Positions 49,552-59,781 of a stretch of 64,000 nt of DNA are shown one piece after another. Where the stretch lies: the NCBI GenBank assembly GCA_965207075.1, contig CBDBLO010000002.1:1024001-1088000 (forward strand), in the 5' to 3' direction. Positions within the stretch are counted from its first letter, which is position 1, and each line of letters begins with the position of its first letter. The notes beneath the pieces were generated by a model, which did no database searches, was not told the origin of the DNA, and worked only from the letters and a program-made list of their open reading frames with translations. Source of the DNA: Nitrosopumilus sp. (lineage in GTDB: Archaea > Thermoproteota > Nitrososphaeria > Nitrososphaerales > Nitrosopumilaceae). Made by a program: the position numbers and the translations under genes.

Positions 49552-52500
49552 ATGGTTCATATAAAAAAGGTGGAGATATTTGGCTTCAAGTCGTTCGGAT
49601 TCAGGAATACCGTGGTCAGCCTCGACCCCGGACTGGTCTCGATCTCCGGCCCCAACGGCTCGGGCAAGAGCAACATACTGGACGCCATAATATTTGCCAC
49701 CGGCGAGACGCGCCCGACCATGATGAGGGTGCAAAAGATGCAGCAGCTGCTCCACGACGTGGACGGCAGCAGCAGCAACGGAGGCCGCGGCCCCCGGCGG
49801 GGCACGCGCATGGCCCGAGTGGCGCTCCACTTTGACAACTCCGACCGGATCATCCCCGTCGCGTCAGACTCGGTGGTAGTCACAAGGGAGCTTGACGAGG
49901 GCGGCGAGCAGACCTACTACCTCAACAACAAAAAGGACAGCCGCGCCCACATCACGGACATCCTGGACGTGGCCAGGGCGGGCCCGGGGCCCAGGCAGCT
50001 CAACGTGGTGCAGCAGGGCACCGTAACGCGCATATCCGAGTACACCCCGACTGAAAAGCGCAACATAATCGAGGATCTGATCGGCATATCGTCGTTTGAT
50101 GAAAAGGCGGCCAACGCGCGCGACGAGCTTGACAAGGCCGACCGCACGCTGGAGGTCTCGCTTGCCCGCATGAACGAGGTCAAGAAGCGCATAGACGAGC
50201 TGGAGGTGGACCGCAACCTCAAGATGCGCTGCGACATAATACGGGACGACCTGACAAGGTACCGCGCCGTCGACGCCGCCGCAAGACTCGAGCTCGTCGA
50301 GGGCCAGCGCGCCTCGATGCTCTCGGAACTGAACGAGGCCAAGGCCGGCATCGCGGCGCTCTCGGAGCTACGCGACGGGCTCCTGTCTGAGATCGGGTCA
50401 GTCGAGGAAGAGCGCTCCGAGATAATGGAGGCCGAGAGTGCCTACCGGACGGAAAAGGCGCACCTCGAGTCCCAGATAAGCTCCTCGATGCGGGCATACG
50501 AGGAGGCCAGGACCAAGAGGTCGATTGCAGAGAACCGGCAGGCCCAGATAGGGCGGCGCCTGGGGGAGATCAAGGTCGAGTCGGCCAACATCTCCAAGTC
50601 GCGAAACTACACCGACATGCAGGTGAGGGAGGCGGAGGGGCAGCTTGCCGAGGCCGAGTCTGCGCGCGAGGCCGTCCGCAAGGAACTCGAGCGGACCGAC
50701 TCGGAGATACGAGGCATACTCCAGAGGCAGTCCGATGCCGCCGCCCGGCGCAGCGAGCTTGACGACAAGATAAAGCGGCTCGGGGCCGAAAAGGAGGGCC
50801 TGGTCTATGAAAAGATGGGGCTGGAGCACAGGCGCGACTCGTGCCTTGAAAAGATGGAGCAGTACGGCAGGCAGCTGACCGAGATGCGGGAGCTGGTGGG
50901 CAGGCTGCAGGACCAGTCCCTGCACCTGAAGCGCATAATGGCCAACAGCCGCGACACGGTATCCAAGCTCGAGTCGCGCATGCGGGAGCTCGGGGAGAAG
51001 AGGGAGAAGGCCATATCTGACAGGGAGGACCTGGAGTTCGTGCTTGAGAGGTCAAGCAGCGCGGCGACAAAGTACGCGTCAAAGATAAAGACCGTAAAGG
51101 GGTTCATGCACGAGGACTACTCGACTGCAAAGCTGCTGGAGAATGCCGGCCAGCTGGGCATAAGGGGGCTCGTGTACGAGATGATGTCGTGGGATCCGGA
51201 GTACGAGAGGCCCATAATGGCGGCCAGTACGGACTGGATAAAGGCAGTCGTGGTGGACGACTTTGCCACGCTCTTTGCGATATCCGAGTCGGCGCGCGTG
51301 CAGAAGCTGCCAAAGTTCAGGATCCTCCCATTAGAGGCCCTCTCGAGCCTGGGACCTGACGACGCCCGCCCCCCCTGCGCCGTCGACGGCGTAAGGACGC
51401 TTGGGACGCTTGCAGGCCACGTGCGGTGCAGCCCGGAGCACGAGCCCCTCAGGGAGTTCCTGTTCGGGGGCGTGGTGCTGGTGCGCGACCGGGACTCTGC
51501 CATATCGGTCTCCAGGTCGGGACACAGGGCGGTTACCATGTCCGGCGAGTACTTTGAGCCCCGCAGCGGGACGGTTACCGTCGACACCGGCTCCAAGATA
51601 TCGCGCATAACAAAGCTTATCTCGATGAGCAGCGACGTGGACGGGCTGTTCAAGCTGATATCTGTGGTCAAGCGCTACATACGCAGAAAAAAACAGGTTG
51701 AAAAAAAGACAGCCGAGTCCATGTCCGTGCACGCAGAGCGCCTCAAGGTGTCGCAGGGGCGCGTAGACTCGGCGGGGCAGAGCCTCCAGTATGTGGAGTC
51801 GAGGCTGGGTTCCGCAAAGGAGGCGGCCGAGCGCCTGCCGGGCAGGCTTGACAAACTGCGGGCCGAGTCCGACGCGGCGGACGCCGAGATCACCTCCCTG
51901 CTCTCCCGGATAGAGAGCATACAAAACGAGATAAACCTTGCAAGCGCCAAGCACATGTCCAGCGAGCAGATGCAGATCGCCGGCCTCCTGACTGCCGCAA
52001 ACTCCAAAAAGGCCGAGCTGGAGGCGCGCCGGACCGAGGCCACCACCGCGTACAGCCGGATACACTCGGAGCTTTCAGAGTCCCGCTCCACTGCCGGCAG
52101 CCTCGCGTCACAGGACGACGGGCTCCGCGCGGAGGCCGAGTCCCTCGGTTCGGAGATGGACTCGCTTGAGAGGACGATAGAGGAGACGTCCGCGGTGGAG
52201 GGCCCGCTCTCCGACGAGCTTACCAAGCTCAGGCAGAAGGAGCAGGAGATGATAATGAATTCCGGCTCCTCGATGGACGTGATAAAGGAGCATGACGACA
52301 AGCTAAGCGGATTGCGCAAAGAAGAGAGATCCCACTCCACGCAGATCAACGGCCTTGAGAGAAAGGCAGACAAGCTGGAGTCCGACCTCTCCGCCCTGGT
52401 GATGAAGGCCGGACAGCTGCGGCAGGTGGCCGAGGCCTGGACGGGAGAAGAGGAGGGATCCCACGCACATGCGGCGTCCGCGCGCGGCGGCGACGCCTCT

Positions 52501-53190
52501 GTCTATGACGGCGGCAGCGCGTTCGACGTGGGGCAGATAATAAGCGAACTTGAGGCCGAACTCGGGTCGGTTGCGGAGTTTGACGCGGGCGCCCCGTCAA
52601 AGTATGCAGAGATCACGCAGGGTTACAAGATGCAGTCGGTGCGCAAGAACTCGCTGGAGTCTGAGCGCAACTCCATAGTCCGGTTCATAAACAAGATCGA
52701 GCGTGAAAAGCGGCAGACGTTCCTTGACGCGTTTGAGGTGGTGGACGGGGAGATACGCAGGGTCTTCAAGAAGATGACCGGAGGAGGCGCCTGGCTTGAA
52801 CTCCAGGACGAGGATGACATCTTCAGCTCTGGAATATCATACATGGCGCAGTTCCCAGACAAGCAGCCCCGCGAGTCCACGTCCATCAGCGGGGGCGAGA
52901 AGACCCTGGCCGCCGTCGTGTTTGTGCTGGGGCTGCAAAAGCTCCAGCCGGCGCCCTTCTACCTGTTTGACGAGGTCGACGCGCACCTGGACGCATCCAA
53001 CGCCGAGAGGCTCTCGAACATACTTGCCGAGCGCTCGCGCGACAGCCAGTTCGTGGTGGTGTCGCTAAAGGACTCCGTGGTCGAAAAGGCGGGGCTCGTG
53101 TACGGGGTGTTTCCCAAGGGCGGCGTCTCACACGTCGTAACGTACAAGGACCGCCGCTTCATGTCGCCGGTGATAAAGCCGAAGCGGTAG
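49552..53190 (+). CDS. smc: Chromosome segregation protein SMC
   Basis: GFKSF, GPNGSGKSN, QQG, coiled coils and hinge, SGGEK, FDEVDAHLD. Confidence 0.96.
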   Translation: MVHIKKVEIFGFKSFGFRNTVVSLDPGLVSISGPNGSGKSNILDAIIFATGETRPTMMRVQKMQQLLHDVDGSSSNGGRGPRRGTRMARVALHFDNSDRIIPVASDSVVVTRELDEGGEQTYYLNNKKDSRAHITDILDVARAGPGPRQLNVVQQGTVTRISEYTPTEKRNIIEDLIGISSFDEKAANARDELDKADRTLEVSLARMNEVKKRIDELEVDRNLKMRCDIIRDDLTRYRAVDAAARLELVEGQRASMLSELNEAKAGIAALSELRDGLLSEIGSVEEERSEIMEAESAYRTEKAHLESQISSSMRAYEEARTKRSIAENRQAQIGRRLGEIKVESANISKSRNYTDMQVREAEGQLAEAESAREAVRKELERTDSEIRGILQRQSDAAARRSELDDKIKRLGAEKEGLVYEKMGLEHRRDSCLEKMEQYGRQLTEMRELVGRLQDQSLHLKRIMANSRDTVSKLESRMRELGEKREKAISDREDLEFVLERSSSAATKYASKIKTVKGFMHEDYSTAKLLENAGQLGIRGLVYEMMSWDPEYERPIMAASTDWIKAVVVDDFATLFAISESARVQKLPKFRILPLEALSSLGPDDARPPCAVDGVRTLGTLAGHVRCSPEHEPLREFLFGGVVLVRDRDSAISVSRSGHRAVTMSGEYFEPRSGTVTVDTGSKISRITKLISMSSDVDGLFKLISVVKRYIRRKKQVEKKTAESMSVHAERLKVSQGRVDSAGQSLQYVESRLGSAKEAAERLPGRLDKLRAESDAADAEITSLLSRIESIQNEINLASAKHMSSEQMQIAGLLTAANSKKAELEARRTEATTAYSRIHSELSESRSTAGSLASQDDGLRAEAESLGSEMDSLERTIEETSAVEGPLSDELTKLRQKEQEMIMNSGSSMDVIKEHDDKLSGLRKEERSHSTQINGLERKADKLESDLSALVMKAGQLRQVAEAWTGEEEGSHAHAASARGGDASVYDGGSAFDVGQIISELEAELGSVAEFDAGAPSKYAEITQGYKMQSVRKNSLESERNSIVRFINKIEREKRQTFLDAFEVVDGEIRRVFKKMTGGGAWLELQDEDDIFSSGISYMAQFPDKQPRESTSISGGEKTLAAVVFVLGLQKLQPAPFYLFDEVDAHLDASNAERLSNILAERSRDSQFVVVSLKDSVVEKAGLVYGVFPKGGVSHVVTYKDRRFMSPVIKPKR

Positions 53191-54235
53191 AGACGCCGCC
53201 GAGCTCGACATGGCATGCGGCCCACTGCCCGGGCTTTTTTTCCTCGAGTGCGGGCTCTGACCTGCATACGTCTGCCACGTATGGACACCTCTGTGCGAAC
53301 CTGCACCCGCCGCTTATGCTGGTGTTGAGCTCTGAGGGGCCGATGCAGCCGTCCCTGCCGCCTGCCGCCTGCCGCCCGTCGTGCGACTCTGTCACGATCC
53401 TGATGGACTTTCTTTCGTGGAGGTTCCTGGGATCGGGCTCTGATATCGCGTCAGTCAGCGCCTGCGTGTACGGGTGGCGCGGTGACAGCAGCACCCCGTC
53501 TATGGCGCCCGTCTCCACGATCGCCCCTTGGTACAGTATGCCGATCCTGTGCCCGAAATTCCTGGCCGTGGCCAGGTCGTGGGTTATGTATATGAACGAT
53601 ATGCCGTGCCTTGACTGCACCTCGCGCATAAGCTCGAGCATCTCCGCCCTGATCGACACGTCGAGCATGGACACGGGCTCGTCTGCGATTATGACCCTGG
53701 GGCTCGTGGAAAGGGCCCTTGCGAGCACCACGCGCTGCCTCTGGCCGCCCGAGAGCATGTGGGGGTACTTTGACGCAATCTCGCCGGCAGGTTCGAGCCT
53801 GACCTCCCTGAGCACCTCCGTTACGCGGGCCGCCCGCTCCGCCCCGCTGCTGTACGCGCCCCCCAGTATCTCAAGAGGCTCTGCCACTACGTCTGATACC
53901 CTCATGCGCGGATTTATGGAATCGTACGGATCCTGCTGTATCATCTGGCAGCCCGCCCTGACCGCGTCCATGCTCTTCTGGCCGTACGCGGCCTCTGTCC
54001 CCTCGAAGAATATCCGCCCCGAGTCGGGCCGCACCGACCCCAGTATGATCTTTGCAATCGTGGACTTGCCTGATCCCGACTCGCCTGCAAGGACGAACGT
54101 CTCGCCCCGCCCGAGGGAGAACGACACCCCGTCGGCCGCCCTTGTGACGGACGGGCCGGACGGGCGGCGTCCGAGCAGCCCCTTTTTTGCGGCAAAGTGC
54201 TTTTTGAGGCCCTCCACCCTCAGTATCTCGTCCAC
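53159..54235 (-). CDS. Oligopeptide/dipeptide ABC transporter ATP-binding protein
   Basis: GESGSGKST, LSGGQRQR, ADEP, HPYT, GCRFAQRCP. Confidence 0.92.
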   Translation of the reverse strand: MDEILRVEGLKKHFAAKKGLLGRRPSGPSVTRAADGVSFSLGRGETFVLAGESGSGKSTIAKIILGSVRPDSGRIFFEGTEAAYGQKSMDAVRAGCQMIQQDPYDSINPRMRVSDVVAEPLEILGGAYSSGAERAARVTEVLREVRLEPAGEIASKYPHMLSGGQRQRVVLARALSTSPRVIIADEPVSMLDVSIRAEMLELMREVQSRHGISFIYITHDLATARNFGHRIGILYQGAIVETGAIDGVLLSPRHPYTQALTDAISEPDPRNLHERKSIRIVTESHDGRQAAGGRDGCIGPSELNTSISGGCRFAQRCPYVADVCRSEPALEEKKPGQWAACHVELGGVSTASALSPAT

Positions 54236-54415
54236 GGCGCGGGTGGCACGTCGCGCTATATGAAGAGGCGCGCTCCGGTGCGAGCGGCCGGCCCGGTTAC
54301 AGCACAGCTGCCTCTGAAAACAGAACACAGTCCGCGCCGGCCCAATCGGTACGGGGCCCGCCGGAGCCGTTACGCCTCAAAAGGCATTTATGAGAATGCA
54401 CGACCCCGTCTAAAA

Positions 54416-55540
54416 TTGGCAAAAACCCGGCAAAAGGAGGCAGACCGCTACAGCTTCCACATGCTCCGCCCGCAGTACAAGATGTTTGAGGTTGACTCCC
54501 GGCTGAGGTACTTCAAGCCGCACGCGTCAAGAGTCGAGAGGACGTTTGCCGAGGAGGTATCCGGCAGCCTTGGCAGGGGAAGCGGCTCCAAGTTCATAGA
54601 CCCAAAGTTCTTTTACGACGAGGTCGGCTCTGCGCTCTTCGAGGAGATATGCTCCGTCCCCGAATATTACCTGACCCGTACTGAGATAGCGCTCCTAGAG
54701 AGGATCGCAGACGAGATTGGCGCCCTGGTTGTAGCAGACGCCGCCGACGACGACGCCCCCCGAACCAGCGGTGGCGGCGGCAGTAAAAACAGCGGACGCC
54801 TCCGGCTGGTGGAGCTGGGCAGCGGCTCCTCCGTAAAGACCCGGATAATACTTGACGCGCTGCACCGCGTCCAGAGCGCCACGGAGTACTTTCCAATCGA
54901 CATATCCGACATCCTGACCCAGAGCTCCGAGCGGCTGCTCGCGGACTATCCAAAGCTCAGGATAACGGGGATAATAGACACCTACGAGGGCGGGCTGGAG
55001 TTCCTAAGGGAGTACGGCGGCGGGAGGAGCCTGATAATGTTCCTGGGCTCCAGCTATGGGAACTTGGCGCCCGGGGACGGGGCGGCGTTCCTGGGCCGCG
55101 TGCGCTCTGCCATGAAGCCCGGCGACCTCTTTCTCATGGGAGTCGACATGGCAAAGGATCGCAGGGTGCTGGAATCCGCATACAACGACTCTGCGGGCGT
55201 GACGTCCAGGTTCAACCTCAACGTACTGTCCCGAATCAACTCGGAGCTTGACGCGGACTTTGATCTTGGCAACTTTGCCCACCGGGCACACTACAACCCG
55301 TCAGAGCAGCGCGTGGAGATGCACCTGGAGTCGCTGTGTGAGCAGACGGTGACGGTCTCAAAGCCCGGGCTCGAACTGCGCCTCGGGCGCGGCGAGCTCA
55401 TCCACACTGAAAACTCGTACAAGTACGAGCCCGGACAGGTCCGCAGCATGCTTGACTCCTCCGGATTCAGGACGGTGAGCCGGTGGACCGACCCGGACGG
55501 CTACTTTATGCTGGTGCTTGCCGAGGCGCCCCCGCCGTGA
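54416..55540 (+). CDS. egtD: L-histidine N-alpha-methyltransferase
   Basis: PKFFYD..GS.LFEEI, PEYYLTRTE, ELGSG, AYNDSAGVT..FNLN, IHTENSYKY; start uncertain. Confidence 0.92.
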   Translation: MAKTRQKEADRYSFHMLRPQYKMFEVDSRLRYFKPHASRVERTFAEEVSGSLGRGSGSKFIDPKFFYDEVGSALFEEICSVPEYYLTRTEIALLERIADEIGALVVADAADDDAPRTSGGGGSKNSGRLRLVELGSGSSVKTRIILDALHRVQSATEYFPIDISDILTQSSERLLADYPKLRITGIIDTYEGGLEFLREYGGGRSLIMFLGSSYGNLAPGDGAAFLGRVRSAMKPGDLFLMGVDMAKDRRVLESAYNDSAGVTSRFNLNVLSRINSELDADFDLGNFAHRAHYNPSEQRVEMHLESLCEQTVTVSKPGLELRLGRGELIHTENSYKYEPGQVRSMLDSSGFRTVSRWTDPDGYFMLVLAEAPPP

Positions 55541-55545
55541 CGGCG

Positions 55546-56991
55546 TCAGATGCTGCTGCGTCCTGCGTCCTGCGCGCACCTGAATCCGGCAATCATCCAG
55601 CGCTCGTCGAGCCTGAAAAAGTTGCGGTAGCTTGCCCTGATGGACGCGGCCGGCGTGCCAAAGGAGCCGCCCCTGAGCACCTTTTGGTTTGCAAACCACT
55701 TGTCGTTGTACTCGTCAAAGCCGGACTTGAACCCGGGATAGCCGACGAACTCCGACGACGTCCATTCCCACACGTCGCCTATCATCTGCTGGCAGCCGCA
55801 GCTGCTTGCTCCCCCGGGATACGAGCCTATCCTGGAGCACTTCCACACCCCCGACTCCAGCAGGTTGCACCTGTCCGGCGTCGGCGCGTCGTCTCCCCAC
55901 GGGTAGGCGTTCTTTCTCCGCGCGTCGCGGCTCTGGCATGCGGCCATCTCCCACTCGGCCTCCGTGGGCAGCCTCTTTCCGGCCCATTTGGCGTACGCGT
56001 CGGCCTCGTAATAACTCACGTGACAGACGGGCTCCATGGGGTCTACCTGCCGGTATCCGGCAAAGTCGCGCGTGTACCACTTGCCGTTCTCGCCCCTCTC
56101 CCAATACATGGGAGCCTCCCATCCGTTCTCCCTCACCCTCTCCCAGCCGTCGGAGAGCCAGTACCTGTACGTGTCGTACCCCCCGTCCCCCACAAACTCC
56201 ATGTACTGCCCGTTGGTTATGGGATATACGTCGATCAGGTAGGGCTCAAGGTAGGTCTTGTGCTCTGGAAGCTCTATGTCGTAGCAGTAGCCGCTGCCCC
56301 CGTACCCCATGGCGTACAGGCCTCCCTCTATGAGTACCTGCCTTTCTGTATCGCGTGCACGCGGGCCGTCGCACTGCGGCACCGGCTTCTTCATTGCCGG
56401 CGCGGGGACGTACCTGTCTGCAAGCATGTGCTGCAGGTCGTACACCATCAGTTCCTGATGCTGGCACTCGTGGTGCATCCCCATCTCTAGGAGGCGCGCC
56501 GTGTCGGACGCGGCGTCGCCACCGCTGGCTCTGTCTCCGCCTGCTGCCCCGTCTATGGCATACCTGTGCTTCGCGACAAACCTCTCAACCTTGCCGCTTA
56601 CCCCCTCAAAGTACTCGAACATCTGCCTTGTTGTGGGCCTCGATACGGCCCCCCTGCGCCCCTTGTCGTGCGGGGCCCCGAACTGCTGATAGTACGAATT
56701 GAGGTATGCCGATATCTCGCCCTCCTCGAACCCGTACTCTTCGTCGATCTTGCCCATTACGGCCTCGTATATCCAGCTGACGTGCCCGACGTGCCATTTC
56801 GCCGGGCTTGTAAAGAACGCCGTCTGGACCGTAAAGTCGTCCGGCTCCAGAGTGCTTACCATGCTCCGCGTCCTGGCTCTCGTCTCCCTGAACAGGGTGA
56901 TCAGCCTGTGCGACTCTGAGACGGCCTTCGGCTCTTCCGTGACGGCCGCGCCGCTGCCGTCACTATCCCCGCTGCCGCTGCCGCCGCTCAA
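55546..56991 (-). CDS. egtB: Ergothioneine sulfoxide synthase
   Basis: SPAKWHVGH, HECQHQE Fe ligands, FGE-sulfatase domain RLPTEAEWE, GDVWEW; TTG start overlaps proS stop. Confidence 0.9.
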   Translation of the reverse strand: MSGGSGSGDSDGSGAAVTEEPKAVSESHRLITLFRETRARTRSMVSTLEPDDFTVQTAFFTSPAKWHVGHVSWIYEAVMGKIDEEYGFEEGEISAYLNSYYQQFGAPHDKGRRGAVSRPTTRQMFEYFEGVSGKVERFVAKHRYAIDGAAGGDRASGGDAASDTARLLEMGMHHECQHQELMVYDLQHMLADRYVPAPAMKKPVPQCDGPRARDTERQVLIEGGLYAMGYGGSGYCYDIELPEHKTYLEPYLIDVYPITNGQYMEFVGDGGYDTYRYWLSDGWERVRENGWEAPMYWERGENGKWYTRDFAGYRQVDPMEPVCHVSYYEADAYAKWAGKRLPTEAEWEMAACQSRDARRKNAYPWGDDAPTPDRCNLLESGVWKCSRIGSYPGGASSCGCQQMIGDVWEWTSSEFVGYPGFKSGFDEYNDKWFANQKVLRGGSFGTPAASIRASYRNFFRLDERWMIAGFRCAQDAGRSSI

Positions 56992-58460
56992 TATCCCTTG
57001 GCAAAGATCGGCGTTGATAAACCTTGGCCCCCGCATCTTATGCAGGTCGAGCCCTGCTCGCTATTCTCCTCTTCTCCTCCTCCTCCACCAAGCGGTATGA
57101 CTCTGATCTCGGCGCCGGTCTCCTCCTTTATGGACTCCTCGCACTTCTCATCTCCGCACCATGCCGCGCGCACAAACCCCGTTCCGCACCTCTCCTTGAA
57201 CTCTGCATACTCCGACACGTCAAACGTCATCCCCGCAGCCTTCTCCCTTGCCTTCTGCAGCATTGCCTCCTGTATCTCCTCAAGCACGCCGCGCACGGCG
57301 GGCCCTAGATCCTTTACGCCCATGGACTCCTTGCGGCCGTCGTGGCGCCTGACTGCCACCACGCTCCTGCTCTCCACGTCCCTGGGCCCTATCTCTATTC
57401 TGAGCGGCACGCCCTTTAGTTCCCAGTCGTTGAACTTGAAGCCCGGCGTCGCGTCGTCCCTGTCGTCCACGTGCACCCGGACGCCCTCCGACTCTAGCGC
57501 TTCGCGTACCTCCGATGCCGCGCTCATGACGTCGTCCCTCTGCCTTTTGTCGTTGCGGTATATGGGCACTATGACGGCCTGCACGGGGGCGACCCTGGGC
57601 GGCATCGACATGCCCCTGTCGTCTCCGTGCGTCATTATCATGGCTCCTATGAGCCTCCATGACACCCCCCACGACGTCTGCCACGCATAGTGCTCCACGT
57701 TGTCCCTGTCTGCAAACTTTACGTCAAACGGCTTCGAAAAGTTCTGTGCCAAAAAGTGCGACGTGCCCATCTGCAGCGCCTTGCCGTCCGGCATTATGGA
57801 CTCGATTGCCATGGTGTATTCTGCCCCCACAAACTTTTCGCGCTCGCTCTTGGCGCCCGATATGACCGGGATCGCAAGCTCCTGCTCGACGGTCTCCCTG
57901 TAGATGTCGAGCATGGCATGCACCTGCCTCTCTGCCTCCTCCTTTGTGGCATGCACCGTGTGCCCCTCCTGCCACAGAAACTCTGACGTTCTCAGGAACG
58001 GCTTTGTGGCCTTGATCTCGGAGCGGAGCGCGGTGTTCCAAAAGTTGATCTTCAGCGGGAGGTCCCTCCAGCTCTGCACCCACTTGGAGTACATCGTATA
58101 TGCCAGGGTTTCAGACGTGGGCCGCAGGGCCAGCCTGTCGCCAAGCTCGTTGTTTCCGGAATGGGTGACCCAGAACACCTCGGGGTTGAACCCGGCAAAA
58201 TGCTCCTTTTCCCGCCCCAGGAGCGACTCGGGTATCAGCACGGGCAGGAACCCGTTTCTGACCCCCTCCCTTGCAAACCTGCGGTTGAACGTCTCCTGCA
58301 GCGACTCCCATATGGCGTACCCGTCGGGCCTGAGCACGATGAGCCCCTTGACGGGGGCATAGTCTGCAAGCTCGGCCTTTTGGACAGTCTGTATGTACCA
58401 CTCGCTAAAGTCAGTCCCCTTTGAGGCCGTGATGCCGATCTCTACTGTCTGCTTCTCCAA
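56988..58460 (-). CDS. proS: Prolyl-tRNA synthetase (archaeal/eukaryal type)
   Basis: LRPTSET, FLRTSEFLWQEGHT, QMGTSH, SWGVSWR, C-terminal FAKGY. Confidence 0.97.
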   Translation of the reverse strand: MEKQTVEIGITASKGTDFSEWYIQTVQKAELADYAPVKGLIVLRPDGYAIWESLQETFNRRFAREGVRNGFLPVLIPESLLGREKEHFAGFNPEVFWVTHSGNNELGDRLALRPTSETLAYTMYSKWVQSWRDLPLKINFWNTALRSEIKATKPFLRTSEFLWQEGHTVHATKEEAERQVHAMLDIYRETVEQELAIPVISGAKSEREKFVGAEYTMAIESIMPDGKALQMGTSHFLAQNFSKPFDVKFADRDNVEHYAWQTSWGVSWRLIGAMIMTHGDDRGMSMPPRVAPVQAVIVPIYRNDKRQRDDVMSAASEVREALESEGVRVHVDDRDDATPGFKFNDWELKGVPLRIEIGPRDVESRSVVAVRRHDGRKESMGVKDLGPAVRGVLEEIQEAMLQKAREKAAGMTFDVSEYAEFKERCGTGFVRAAWCGDEKCEESIKEETGAEIRVIPLGGGGGEEENSEQGSTCIRCGGQGLSTPIFAKGY

Positions 58461-58951
58461 TTGTGACGGGTGACGCTGGTAAGCTAATTAGCCTTCGCAT
58501 CGGGATGATCTGGGCACGCGTCTGCGTTCCCTCCGTTCATTCTGGGATGAAGGGTGTGGTGGTTCCGGCCGCCTGCCCGCGTTTTATCTATTTGTGCGAT
58601 TCGGCCCATGCCCAACATCCGTCACGAGCTACATCTGCCGGCCCCGATGCCCTTGAGGGGCGGCTTGCGGCGCCACCCCACTGCATATCTCTTGTCCCGA
58701 GTATTTCCCGTCCGCGCATTAGAGCAGAAGGCTTGGTGCGCGTCCGCATCCTAGCTCCCATTTTTGGTAAGAGTTGCCTGCAACTGCAAGGCAGTCCCGC
58801 GCACCGGATGCCGCCCTCACATACACCGGATTGCGCCCTTCTTGCCGCCGTGGCGCCGACGCAGGCGCTGCCCGCGGTTTTTGCGGCGGCATGTGGGGCG
58901 ATACGCGCGATAAGAGCCACTCCGTCGCCAGATGCGCTTGTATGCAATTGT

Positions 58952-59251
58952 TTATGATCCGTTTTTCGTAAGCGGGTCGCCCTTGCAGAGCACCTGGCCA
59001 GTTACCCTGCTCTGGAAATTGTCGCACACGAAGCACTGGATGAACTGTACCTCCTTTTCCATGACGGGGCATACGACGTACTCCTGCTTCATCCTCTTTA
59101 GCATCTTGGGGCTGACGCCCTTTATCTTCAGCTTGCCCTTTTCATCCATCATTCCGGACTCCATCAGCTCTGCCTTTGTCTCCTTGCTGAGCCTCTGCCT
59201 TTCGTCGTTCAGTATTATGTCCACCTCATACTTGTGGTCGAGCTCGTTCAT
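58952..59251 (-). CDS. Cys-containing conserved hypothetical protein
   Basis: CP..CFVC..C. Confidence 0.7.
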   Translation of the reverse strand: MNELDHKYEVDIILNDERQRLSKETKAELMESGMMDEKGKLKIKGVSPKMLKRMKQEYVVCPVMEKEVQFIQCFVCDNFQSRVTGQVLCKGDPLTKNGS

Positions 59252-59334
59252 GCCGCAACGCCTCCAAGCCCATCATTTAACGCTAACTCTGGGCCTCTTG
59301 GTGCTGCTTTACTCTCGGCAATAGCCATGTCTGC

Positions 59335-59571
59335 TCACTTTGTCTTTTTTATCCTGATCGTGACCGTGCTTCCGTCCTTTGAAACGCCAAGCAGGTCGTG
59401 CCCGTTTCTGGATGCCCACCTGGTAATGTCGTCCTCTGCCGCTGGATCGTCGGCGGAGATCTGCAGGATCTGCCCGACTTGCATCTGCTCCATCCCTATC
59501 TTGACTTGAAAGACCGGTTCCGGGCAGTAGAGCCCGACTGCATCGATCACTTTCTCGGCGGCGTCTGACAT
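59335..59571 (-). CDS. tusA: TusA/SirA-family sulfur carrier
   Basis: DAVGLYCPEP, DDPAAEDDI..W. Confidence 0.9.
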   Translation of the reverse strand: MSDAAEKVIDAVGLYCPEPVFQVKIGMEQMQVGQILQISADDPAAEDDITRWASRNGHDLLGVSKDGSTVTIRIKKTK

Positions 59572-59781
59572 ACAGCGGCAGTGGCAGGGCGTCATAATAA
59601 AAGCTGTGGGCTTGCCGCCGCAGGCGCGCAGGGCTGCCGCCTGTACAACCCGGGGGTTGGGCCGTGCCGTACGTTTTCTGTCTCCTCCGCCCTTCCACGG
59701 CGCTTCCTGGTTGCCGACCATTCTGCCGTTCGAGCGCGGGGCGGTGACATACTATTTTACCTGCGTGCCCCCCGTGGTGCC

